Assembly (NCBI RefSeq): GCF_000743755.1
Contig: NW_014569494.1
Span: 1 to 44,980 of the forward strand
Origin: Blastocystis sp. subtype 4
Lineage: Eukaryota
Direction of reading: 5' to 3'
Length of the DNA stretch: 44,980 nt
Part shown: one piece after another, positions 12,891 through 24,739 of the stretch
Position numbering within the stretch: position 1 is the first letter of the stretch
Layout: each line of letters begins with the position of its first letter
Program-made: the position numbers and the translations under genes
Notes under the pieces: generated by a model
Database searches by the model: none
What the model saw: only the letters and a program-made list of their open reading frames with translations
Told to the model about the DNA's origin: nothing

Positions 12891-14198
12891 ATGGCAGAAG
12901 AACAATTCAAACAACTCGATAAATCGGTTTTCAATGAACAGCTGAATCTCATGGCACTGCGGGTTCCTAGTAGGCGTTGCCAAGAGTTTAGGTGGAATTT
13001 TGGTTCACATATGATTTGTAGGATTCGTCTTGGTTCCTTTCTGTTGTTAAAACCGAGAATGAGTTCCATTGTTGCCGATAAGGAGGACAAGACGAAAAGA
13101 ATTATGTTATTGAAGACTACAGTAACGAATACGAATTTGGATGGAATGCCTGAGGATCTGGTAAAGTGGATAAAGTCTCAGGAGGATGTCGAGGTGATTC
13201 CTCATTCAGTAAAGTTGACCTATGACTATTTTACTGCTGGAGAAGTTCTTGAACGTATTCTTCCAAAGGGTGTTGAGATTCCAGCGGCGTTTGAGCAAGT
13301 GGGACACTTGATTCATCTAAATCTCCGTGATGAACTTCTTCCGTACAAATATGTTATCGGTCAAGTGCTCTTAGATAAGATCCCGACTTGCAAAACTGTC
13401 GTGAATAAGGTGGGAAAGATTGATACAGTTTTCCGTACATTTGACATGGAGGTGATTGCTGGTGAAGATAATACCTTGGTTTCTCTCAAGGAAGAGAATT
13501 GCATTTTCAAATTTGATTATCGTGAAGTCTATTGGAATTCGCGTTTACAACAAGAACATTCACGTCTTGTTCAATCATTCACAAAGAATGATATTGTTGC
13601 TGATATGTTCTGTGGGATTGGTCCTTTTGTTCTCCCTGCAGCAAAGAAGGGATGCCGTGTTTACGGAAATGATTTGAATCCTCGCTGTTTCTATTACCTC
13701 AATGAGAATCTCAAGTTGAATAAGCTGGAAAAGCATGTCACAACCTATAATTTAGATGCTCGTGACTTTATCAGTCAAATTGCAGGTGAAAATGTACCGA
13801 TTACTCAGATTATCATGAATCTTCCCGTTTCGGCCGAACTTTTCTGCGACGTATTCCGAAAGTGTTTTTCTGTATGTCGAGGAGATGATTAATCACATAG
13901 CAATACTCTCATCCTCTTCCTAGAGTTCATTGCTATATGTTTAGCAGTAGTGAAGATCCAGTGGAGGATTCAATTCAGGTCTGATATGAAAAGGATGTTT
14001 GATGTATAGAGATTGGAAGGAATCCTGCATGCTTCGTTGAAATCGGAATTGACAGAAGGACGACTCGTACGTGATGTTGCGCCAAAAAAGATGATGACAC
14101 TGGTATCATTCCAGTTAACCGAGGAGATGATTGATCGAAGTGAACGGAAACGGGAGGGAGAAGTCACTCCAAAGGATAAACGGATAAAAGTGGAGTAA
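12891..14198 (+). CDS. TRM5: tRNA (guanine37-N1)-methyltransferase Trm5
   Basis: FEQVGHLIHLNLR, EVYWNSRLQQEH, DMFCGIGPF, NDLNP, IMNLP, VRDVAPKK; in-frame intron 12992-13021. Confidence 0.96.
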
Positions 14199-14226
14199 AA
14201 TATGTTTGCAACAAAATACAAGAATG

Positions 14227-15096
14227 CTACTTCTTCACCCTAATCTCTTCAACAGCGATAGGCTGACCATTCTCATCCTTTTCCTCAAACTTCTTATTAA
14301 ATTCGATTCTCATTCCTCCATTATTCTGACCCATATCTAGATTCATCCCATCACCAAAATTCATGGTGTTGAACGTATTTGGGTCTGGAATCAAACGATC
14401 CATCACCTCTCGAAGTCTTGGAGGAGGTAATGAGATTCGATTAATTTCCTCCTCTGTCATCCCGTCAGCCTTCTCGAGATTCGGACCTAACTCCCTTTGG
14501 ATCATGTTCATCCACGACTGAAACTCCGATCTCAAGCCGGGAGTCTTATCAAATTCCTTTTCCATCTCCTTCATAATGTTCTGAATGACTGGATCGATTC
14601 CTGGGAACTGTTTCGATAAATCTTGATTCATAGAATTGATGCTTCCACTCTTCATGATATCAGCTATTTGAGATTTTAGCATATTATTGTCCTCCTCTGA
14701 CAGATTTAGCATTCCGATGATTTCTTCCATAGACATGTTCTTCAGTTCAGGACTCTCAGAAAGGATCTTATCCAACTCTTGGAGTTTCTTTGCCTCAGTT
14801 TCTGACATCTCTTGTGATGTGATGTCAATATCCTTTAGTAAAGCAGCAACATCCTGCTTTGTATACTTCTTTGTAGTTTCTAGAATGAAACTACTTCATG
14901 AATACTTACTTTTCGAAGAAACTGGTTTCTGACTTTTTGATTTGGTGGTAGCAGCACTTCGCTTCTCTATCTATTAGTGCAAAAGAGAAATTATACTCCC
15001 ATTAGAAAAGAAGGCAACAGGTATTGTCAAACGATAACTAGAAACCAATGGTCGAACGGCAAACTGGAAAAGTCGAGGGGCAACCAATCGAAACAT
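14227..15096 (-). CDS. Hypothetical helical, Met-rich protein with a probable mitochondrion-related-organelle (MRO) targeting peptide
   Basis: N-terminus MFRLVAPRLFQFAVRPLVSSYRL is Arg-rich and lacks acidic residues; 193-aa terminal ORF. Confidence 0.65.
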
Positions 15097-15170
15097 AGAC
15101 AGAAAGGAAATGATTAAACAAGGAGTATTTCAAAAGACCAAGAATTTTGAAACAAACAAATCTGATCTAT

Positions 15171-16323
15171 TTACTTCATCTTCTCAATCAACTCATGCTG
15201 TTGAACAATCTTCTCAGCCATTACCACATGAAGGTTCTCAACCAGCTTTCCTTTGTATGTCACAACTCCCCTACACTCCTCAAACACCCCACAAAACTCT
15301 CACTTTCCAGATTGTTCAGCTTCATGGAATAGAGAAATGATATTCTTGGCATCCTCTACTTCCTGCTCTGAAGGAGCAAATACCTTGTTGGTAATTTCTA
15401 TAGTTGAAGGATGGATCAGAGTCTTTCCATCAAATCCAAATTCCTTTCCCTATAGATTATCCACTAATTGAGATGAAAACTTCAATGCATTCCTTTTCAA
15501 ATCCAACAAGATCTTTTACATTCAGATATACTCCATCCAGAACAACTACCTTTACAGCCTCTCCATAGTTCTTACCCTTGCTGTACTTTTTTGCTGCCAG
15601 AACCACCAACTGCAAGGATGTTTGCAGAGCACGACGTGTTGTTACATTCAATTCCTTCGACAGATCGCTTGTACCCATAATAATACATGTATTTCGAGGG
15701 AGACAGCCACAAATCTCGTCAGCATTCAGAATGCCACGAGGTGTCTCAATTAGACTCCAAATTTCCTATTTTCGATGCTATGAGTCAATCCTACAGTTTT
15801 TGGATCTGCTCCACTCTCACGAAGGATCTTATCAACCTTCAAAATCTATCTGTTATCCATCCTAAATGAATATACTTGATCTGCTCTCTCCACTTTTGGA
15901 AGGGCAATAGCATTGCAACCGCAAGTAGCAATAAGACGAACGTCATCCTCACCCCAAGGAGTATCTAGACTATTGACTCGAACACAGATTTCTCGAAGTC
16001 CATAGCCTCCTTTACGGACTTGATCTGCAACCATCTTTCGAGCCTCTTCCTGTAAATGATTTCTCGCACTTTCACGTACTTTCTTGTTGATTGCTACAGC
16101 ATCTTCGAGATCTAGAATAAGACTATCAGCAGGAAGCGATTTTCCTTTCTCCATGGCTCTTGCATTCGATCCAGGCATATAGAGCACACTTCTCCGTGGG
16201 TGATTACTTCCAACAAAAGGAGCAGCTGCTTCCGAGAAACATCGAGCATATGAAGGTGTACTTCTGCTTATTAGGATCCACTACTCTCATATACCTGCTT
16301 ACCAAACGAATTAGAGAAAACAT
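15171..16323 (-). CDS. CitE/HpcH-HpaI family CoA-ester lyase (CLYBL/malyl-CoA lyase-like), MRO-targeted
   Basis: PRRSVLYMPGSNARAMEK, LILDLEDAV, VRVNSLDTPWG, LPKVE, MGTSDL, GFDGKTLIHP, GKLVENLHV; presequence MFSLIRLVSRSTPSYARCF; TGTTTGTT at 15151-15158. Confidence 0.93.
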
Positions 16324-16347
16324 CAAATGGATTGTAACAAACAAGGA

Positions 16348-18444
16348 TCACTGTATACTAATTTGAACTTGAGCATCCTTTTTCTGCAAATCACGTACAT
16401 TATTAAACGATACTTGCTCGAAACTAATTGTTTTGGATAGAGAAGAACCAAGTGATTCTGCTCTTTGTGCGATATAATCATTCTCAACAAGCAGACAGAG
16501 ACGTTTAGTCTCTGTATTGAACTTATTTATGAGAATCTAAGACTTACAAATATCCATATCAATTACCGAAAGAGTTTCAACTCCAGTGGCATCGATATAT
16601 TTGACAGATCGAAGGTCAATAACGCATCGTTCTATACCTTTCGTCTATATTTGAGTCTCATCATTCATACTCACATGTAAAGCATTCTCGACTTTGTGCT
16701 CAATCACTCCACTACTCAAATAATCCACACTCTGTTTTGCATCAATGACAGTTACATCACTGACGACTGATATGGGAACAATATCTTCAGTTTCCATCTC
16801 TATCCCTAAGATCCATGACTTAACGCTACTTCTCTGTATAAAACGACCGATCATCATTGTCACAAAGGACATAACGATACCTGTAAGAAGACCAACCTGG
16901 GTACCAACGATCATTGTCACCAATGCACATACCACAAATGTCCAGAAATCCTCTTTCATAGTCTTCCAGAGTGACCTGAGTTCACCAAACTACATCAAAG
17001 AGAATAGAAGAATGTACACGTTTGAAGAGAGAGAACAGATTGACAATGACAATAGCAGCCAGACAAGCGTTAGGTATGAATTTAATACAATCCATCAAAC
17101 AGAACAAACAGAAGGCAATAACAAGAGGAGTGATAAGGGTATTGACTGGAGTCTTTGATCCCATATTGTTAATGAGTGAAGATCTACTGAGAGAACCTGT
17201 ACTGGGATAGGCAGAGAAGAAACTGCCAATTACAGAACAGCTCCCAAGAGCAATGAGCTCTTCATTCTCATCAACACGATAATTGTTCTATTCATGATCT
17301 TACTCCACGAGTATTACTTTGGTCGAAAAGGTTTTTCCCATACTAATAGTGATAGCATAAGCCACCAAACCAATCATAATTCCCTGAGGGATCGTATGGT
17401 GGAGATACTTCATTGAAGGAAGTGAGATAGGAGCAAGTCCTCGGACTACTGGATAATCTTGCATTGTTTTGAGATTCCATCTATCATGAAGATTGAAATA
17501 CCATGAAATGAAAACACACAAGATGATTAGAAACAGCTAGACTGAAAGTGAAGTTTTATTCTTACCTCAACAGGAAGAGGATACTTGGATAGATACTTCG
17601 TATTGGCAAGTTTCATTAGATAGAGAAGGAGCATACAAGATACGCCAACAATGGTAGCATACCAATTGAAGTGCTTGATGGAATCAGGAGAGAAGATATC
17701 AAGGAGAATCATAAACAACGAATCTTTGTTTGTTGAGACACCCCAAAAGTGTTTTAGTTGACTTGCAGCAATGTTAAATGCTGAAGCAGCTGTAAATGAC
17801 GTGATCACTGTCTGTGAGAGAATGGAAGCCACAAACCCCATTCGAAGCAGACCTAATATAAGAAGAATAGTCCCACTGAACAAGGAGAGAGTCATCATTG
17901 CTCCCACATAATCGTCAAGATCAGTGTCTGGATTTAGAAAACTCAGAGCAGAACCGCACATCATACTGACTACATATCATCCTATCTGAACGAATGGATA
18001 CTGATTGCACATGGACCAATTGTCACTTGACCACATGTACCAAGGATACCATATACAATAAGAGGAACTAGACAGCAATACAGACCATATTGGGGAGGCA
18101 AGCCTGCTAACATTGCATATGCCATACTCTACACGAACTGAATAAGATAGTACGTTCATACTTGCGGTATGGCCATAACACCCACAGTAATCCCAGCATT
18201 GAAGTCATACTGAAACTTGGAAATGTTGTACTCACTTAACCACTTTGCTATTGGCAATACATGAAACAAGAATTCTGTTGGTTTGCTCCTCACTTTCTAG
18301 TTTACACAATCACCATAATCGATACTCCAGATTGTTCACCCAAAAGTTCTGTTTTGAGACTTGTATCTGGCTGGATTGTATTTTCTGTTGTACCAACCTA
18401 CAATTGAAAAGACAGGAAATAATCACTTCACTATCCATCACCAT
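16348..18444 (-). CDS. SLC26/SulP anion transporter with STAS domain
   Basis: KWLSEY...DFNAGITVGVMAIPQ, MAYAMLAGLPPIYGLY, GSLSRS, STAS VIDLRSVKYIDATG; stop TGA, 4 nt, then TGTTTGTT (16336-16343). Confidence 0.93.
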
Positions 18445-18756
18445 GCCAAAAATGCAGTGTTATGCACTATCAAAGAGTTTGAGTACCCTCAAAATAAGAA
18501 TTCTGTACTTGATTAAACAACCGCGGATAATCAAGTATAAATTGTGTTCCGAACATTTATTGCTTATATTGGATAGACAAATATAAAAACAGATTTTAAA
18601 ACGATAGAATAGATTTGGGAAAAGGGTTTGGTATTCACAACAATTTGAATAAAAAATCAGAACTAATAATGGTACTTCTATATGACATAAGTACTTCCGA
18701 TTTTTGCATCGTTTCTTTCTTCTTCCCAAATACTACTCTATAATATTGATAATAAT

Positions 18757-19223
18757 ATGGTAATGAATGAATTCATATGAGATAACAACTAGAACACAAA
18801 GATTCTTGAAATGCCCAAAGGGCCGATTGACAGAGTGAGGGATGGGTTTGATAAGGAGCCTCGACGAATCGATCCCCATCCACTGGAAGAAGAGTGCACT
18901 AATGTGATCTTAATGGAGTGTTCATGAGTTGTAGGTATATACAAGAGAATTTGAGGAGAGAAAGAATCATTTAAAGAATATCTCAGGGCCTTATGTACGT
19001 GAAGTGATGCTTCGGGATCATTGTTGTAGGGTTCTTTCCGTTTTGAACTAGAATCCGAAATCTGCTCAAGACCTCTTCGTCTATCTCCTTTGAAGAACAA
19101 CTTCTCTGAACTGAATACTCTGTGGGATCGTGACGAAGAAGTGACGTTTGAGGACATGTTAGGAGGTAGCGTTGAATGGTTGTCTCAATTGTAGATTGGA
19201 CCACTGTTCCCAATTGTCATTAA
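18757..19223 (+). CDS. UMP1: Proteasome maturation factor UMP1/POMP (5 exons, not in ORF track)
   Basis: Spliced M|NTKILEMP...DPHPLEEE...LKNISGPY|GSFRFELESEICSRPLRLSPLKNNFSELNTLWDRDEEVTFEDMLG|DWTTVPNCH*; TGTTTGTT at 19242-19249. Confidence 0.85.
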
Positions 19224-19305
19224 TCGTTGTACAGTGTTGTGTGTTTGTTGGAAAGCAATTGGTTTTAGTAATGCTAATAATGGCATAAGACAGTTTTCAT
19301 TGTGG

Positions 19306-21924
19306 ATGCAACGAGACTATATCAAATACAACCGTAATATCATTGGAAAACCTGAGATTTTTGGTTACAAACGATGATGAAGTGTAATGACTAGGTGGTG
19401 GTGATGAACATGGCCAGGTTATTCCAAACAATAAGGAACATGATGAAGAAGATCATTTCTTTGAGGAGGAGGATATTACTAACAGTACTCACCAAATGCG
19501 TTTGTTTTTCGTAGATTTATATTTAGTCAAAGAAGAAACTCCAAGAAATACCAATGCAGCATATCAGTAAGTGTATTTGGATCATGATGATGCTAAGCCA
19601 AGAGGATGAAGAATTGGATCCTTTAGATGTTTATATGAAAGGAATTGATGATGAGGTGAACATGAATGACGAAAAGGAGATTGCAGATCCGCATGTCCAT
19701 TCTACAGTAGCTTATGAAGTGATGGAAAGAGATGAAGTTGATTATGAAGCAATTGTTAAGGGAGAACAAGTAGATGATTCTAAGAATCCAACAGGAAGTT
19801 GTTTTGATCAATTTGTTTAATTGTCATAGTTGTCTATGATCAAGAAGGCAATCCAATGCTAGTAAAAAAGAATGAGGTCAATCTTATCACTTCTGTGAAG
19901 CGAGAGGAGTCATATGAACCATTTACACGAGATTTCTTTCCTGATGGAGATGCAATGAAATCCGAAGAAATAGTTGTCTGGGAGAAGGAACATGAAATCG
20001 AGGTACACAATCTGGCAACTGCCAAATCAGATGCAGATTTAAAGACTCCCCATCCTTGTTTGGATTTCAAAGAGATGGGTTTCCCTGCAAAGCTACAAGC
20101 ATTGATCCAGAAGCATAACTTCTCTTCTCCAACTCCTATTCAGGTAAGAATTGGCTGACACATTTAATTAAGACTGCAGCGCTTCCCTTAATCCTATCAG
20201 GCCGTAATGTGATCGGAAGCAGTCCTACTGGAAGTGGTAAGACATGTTGTTATCTGTGGCCATTACTCCTTCAGATTCTCGCTCAGAAGTGTGTATGATA
20301 TGAACTCTGAATTCATAGACCCTTGTCGGAGACAGATGGACCAATCGGACTTATTCTCGTTCCTACACGAGAACTAGCAGAACAAATCTCTGCTGTAGTA
20401 CGATCCTTCTTCAGTGGATTTGGTGTGAATCACCTCTGTATCACTGGTGGTCAGAGTGAGTGGCATCAAAAGAAAACCCTTTTCAATCAATCCTTTCATG
20501 TTATTATTGGTACTCCTGGCCGTTTCATTGATTTAGTGAATCAGAAGTATGTCTCATTGAATCGCGTCACATATGTGGTTTTGGATGAGGCTGATCGAAT
20601 GGTCTCGATGGGCTTTGAACAACAAATCCGTTCCCTTCTCTCTGTTATTCGACCTGATGTTCAGTTAGTACTCTTCTCAGCCACATTTCCTCCTCGTATT
20701 GTTCAGATGGCTGTCGATCTCATGGAATCTCCTGTGCGAGTGGCAGTTGGCAAGACAGGAATGGCTAACAAGCAGATCCAACAAGAGATATATGTTCTGA
20801 AGGTGAGATTAATGGATTCTAGTCACGTATAGTCCTATTCACAAAAGCTTGATTGGGTGAAACAGCATATCACTGAAGCTGAGTTGCGAGGCAAAGTTCT
20901 GATCTTCGTATCAACTCGACAAGCTGCTGATGAACTGACGTCTTCACTCCGTTTAGTGACCACAGCTTCATTGGATTGTTTGCATGGTGATAAAACCCAA
21001 TATGATCGAAGTGATGTTATGAATCGTTTCAAGAAAGGTTCTCTTCGAATCGTTATTGCAACAGATGTGGCAGCTCGTGGATTAGATGTCACTGATATCA
21101 TGACAGGTACCGATGAATGTGATTCTCTCATTTAGTAATTAACTTTGATGTACCTCATAGTATTGATATATACATTCATCGAATTGGACGAACTTGTCGA
21201 GATGTGACGAATTCTTCATCTATTCAAGGAATTGCTATAACACTTTTCACTTCACATGATACTGGTTTTGCTACACAATTGATGAAGTATTATCAGACTC
21301 ATGAACAACGAATCCCTCCTTCTCTACGTGCTCTTGCAACAGGTATTCCAGAGAAGAGTCATCGACAGGAGATGGGACTAGGATTCAAAAATGAGTCAAC
21401 AGATAATCCGGTCGATGCGTTTGCTGGTTATTACAAGACAGTACCAACAAAGGATTCCAAGGGAATTGTTCTTGAGACGGGTTCGACTCAGTATAAGACA
21501 CTGTATGATCAGCAGACCAATACTTACACAACTGTCCCTTTGGCATCATCTACTCAACAACCCACACAATCGAGTCAAGTACTCAATGGATTTGTGAATC
21601 CTCGGATTGCCCAAGTTCAAGATCCGTTGCCGGTATCTAGTTATGGTGGACCTGATGATGAATGGGACAGTAGCAAGATGGCACTCGAAAGTGCTCTAGC
21701 CGCTATTCGTGCTCGGCGAGGAGTGGAAAGTGAAAGGGGATCCAATCGACATCGTAGTCCTAGTCCTCGAGAAAGTCGTTCTCATCGTCATCATAGTCGA
21801 AGTCGTTCTCATCACCATCATAGTCGAAGTAATTCCCATCAGTATCGAAGCCGGAGTCGTTCATATCATCATCACAATCGGGATCATGATCGACACACTC
21901 ATAGTCGTAGTCGTCATCATCGTT
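19306..21924 (+). CDS. DDX42: DEAD-box RNA helicase, DDX42-like, with RS/His-rich tail; stop probably made by poly(A) (genomic TAA alternative ends 21944)
   Basis: [62 protein letters not shown]. Confidence 0.88.
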
Positions 21925-22020
21925 CTCTTGTTTCTTTTGAATAAAGCAAGTATTATTGGCATTTAGAAAGACATTACCTTAGCCATTTTGTCATTTTTTT
22001 TTCATCTGTTGATTGACCAA

Positions 22021-23565
22021 ATGACTAATAAGTTATCCTGCATAGCAATTGAGATTTTCTATTTGATCCTTCTTGGTATGCTCTGTTGGAGGCAGTTGGA
22101 AACACGACTTACTTTAGATGATAGTATTTATTTTGTTTATGCTGTAGGCGTGGGTTAGAGTTTGGATTTGTAGGATTGTGTAAATTCATCTGTTCTGAAA
22201 GTCTCTCCTAGTTTGACTCGATTTGAAAGCTCTATTGATAGTACTACATTGCAGAATGATAACAAGACAATTGTTTCTCCATCTTTTCATGGAAAATCAA
22301 TTGACGATTCATCTGTTGCAACTTCTGATCCTGTGAATGAGAATCAAGTGATAGTTGGTCCCACTCTTAGTGTACTGATAAATGGAACAGTATCGATCAG
22401 TGATACGCCTGTATTAACATCGGATACCCCTACTGCAATCGTAAAAACGCCAACTCCACAAGTAAATGACTCTTTCACTCCATCTCTACATATCTCTCTT
22501 CAACCAAATTATACTTCCCAACTAACAATCAGCAACTGGTTCTATGGTCCTCCGCGCTTCAGAGAGTATATGAACACGAACTTCAGTAGAATCCAATCAA
22601 ATCCACGTCTTCAGAAGAAGATGATTGTATACCAGAAAAAGGGAACTACAGGGATGGCTGGACAAATGACGGGAGTATGTGACGCTCTTCTTCTTGCAAT
22701 TCTTCATGATCGTCCTTTTCAGAGTAGGATCAAAGGAAGGGATTGATAATTAGTGCTTGCACCGGCTCTTCCATTTTATTTCTTCTCCTTTCCTCTTGTT
22801 AATCTTACCTATCCATATGTAATGAAAGTAATGAAGGGGAAATCACCTTTTGCTAATGTACCCATATTGAAGACATCCTTTCCGCATGTTATTGATTATC
22901 ACTGGTCCAATACCTATTCTGGTATTGATACAGAAACAGATTTCGATGCTTTGTACCCGCATCGTGTCTTAGTTCTTTCAATTCATCCTTTTGCTAAGAA
23001 ATTATTAGCTCTTCCTAGTTCAAAAAGAAAATTAATTGAATTAGGATATATAAACGAGAATGAAGATTTAGAGAAAAAGTCTTGGTATCGAATGTGTGCA
23101 CTGAACTTATTCCAACCGAGTGACTACCTGATGAATTATCTGAAACCATACTTAGACAGATTCAAGGATCACTTTGTGATTGGCATGCATGCTCGAATGG
23201 GTGAAGGACTAGGAAAATGGCATGAAAAGACAACTTTCATTAAATTGGGATCTGTTCGTTACCAAATTCCTATCATTCAGAAGATGCTTAGTCAGCATCG
23301 GAAGACGCTTTTCTTTTTGTCAACAGATTCAGATAAAGTCGAATCCATGATGAAAAAGCAGTTTGGACACTCTCTTGTCATTGTTGATTCACTACCTCGA
23401 ATGCATGTGGGCCGGAATGATGCAGATGAAATGGGAGTAATTCGCTCTTTTATGGATATGTATCTACTTGGACAGTGTGATTATATGTATGTGACTCGGG
23501 GAAGTGGTTTTAGCCGAATGGGTGTTGCTTTTAGTTCAAAGAGACATACAGTTGTATCTCTATAG
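22021..23565 (+). CDS. Type II membrane fucosyltransferase-like glycosyltransferase (GT23/GT37/NodZ-like) with S/T/P-rich stem
   Basis: GMAGQMTG, VIGMHARMG, FFLSTDS, DMYLLGQCD...GSGFS; hydrophobic N-terminus. Confidence 0.8.
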
Positions 23566-23635
23566 TGTATATATAGATTAGTCAATGATTTGTTTCATTA
23601 AATCCTGTCGATTTATTTACACTTTGCGAGAAATA

Positions 23636-24712
23636 ATGTCAAAGCCATATGGGGATATTCGTATGTGTGATATTGTTAGGACTTGTTGTTCTTCCTAAAC
23701 AGTAGGGATTGAACTTTACTGATGCTGTGTACACTGGTGTATATCGTGGTAAAGTGCGACACTCGGATGACCGTAGTGTTGTCCTCAAGCGAGCTTGGGA
23801 TGTTGGAGTATCCAAGATCATTATCACCGGTATTTTGTTGCTCTCGTTGTTTTATTTGTAGCTGGTAATTTGAAGGAAACAAAGGAAGCATTGCAACTAG
23901 CACTTTCGGATGATCGTTTATACTCAACAGTTGGGATTCACCCAACTCGTTGTAGTGAATTCAAGGAGGAAGATACAGATCAAGTGATTAAGGAGTTGAT
24001 TGAAGTGGGTCAAAAAGGCAAGGAAATGAAAAAGATTGTTGCAATTGGTGAATTAGGTCTGGATTATGATCGCCTCTTCTTCTGTGATAAGGAGGTAGGA
24101 TATGATCATTTGGGTGATTGGATAGCGTCAAAACAAAGGCTTTCGAAAACAGTTTGAAATTGTCAAAGCACTGGATCTCCCTCTGTTTCTTCATGAGCGG
24201 AATTGTAGCGAGGATTTCATACAGGTCTTTAATGATCTGGATCCGGAACACAAACTTCGGGGATGTGTCCATTCATTTACAGGAACGGTAGATACTGCAA
24301 AGAAACTACTGGATATGGGATTCTATATTGGCTTCAATGGCTCTGGAATGCGCACAGAAGAAAGTCTAGATGTTATTCGAAGTGTCCCACTGGATCGTAT
24401 CCTCATTGAAACAGGTAGAAGGACAATTCGTTAATACGATGTAGATGGCCCTTATTGTGGAATCACTTCAGCTCATGCTTCGTATCAATATGTTAAGACT
24501 AAATTCGAGAGCAAACGTGTGGAAAAGTATGATCCCCAGTATCTGGTAAAAGGAAGAAATGAACCATGCTGTGTTCTGTAGACCATACGAAGAACTAGTA
24601 ATCACTAGATCTGTACTTGAAGTCATTGCTGCTGTTCACAAAGTTAGTGTGGAAAAGGCAGCAGAAATTATCTATCATAATACGTTGGAGTTATACTTTC
24701 CTTGGGAGTTGT
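23636..24712 (+). CDS. TATDN1: TatD family DNase (TATDN1-like); UAA completed by poly(A)
   Basis: DIGLNFTD, STVGIHPT, AIGELGLDYDR, LFLHER, VHSFTG, LIETDGPY, GRNEP; T24712, gttt, TGTTTGTT. Confidence 0.95.
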
Positions 24713-24716
24713 GTTT

Positions 24717-24724
24717 TGTTTGTT
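24717..24724 (+). terminator. TGTTTGTT element defining the TatD poly(A)/stop site
   Basis: Exact motif 4 nt after codon-initial T24712. Confidence 0.88.
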
Positions 24725-24739
24725 GTTTAGAGATTATCT

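Noticed and set aside
18445..18756. AT-rich 312-bp spacer and ORFs 18245-18586, 18460-18729 as a gene or ncRNA
   Set aside because: No recognisable RNA structure or protein motif; best read as a divergent promoter region.
18789..19213. Minus-strand ORFs of 122 and 76 aa
   Set aside because: They are antisense to spliced UMP1, whose poly(A) element is on the plus strand.
21760..21923. CATAGTCG-type repeats
   Set aside because: They encode the RS/His tail of DDX42; not a CRISPR array or satellite.
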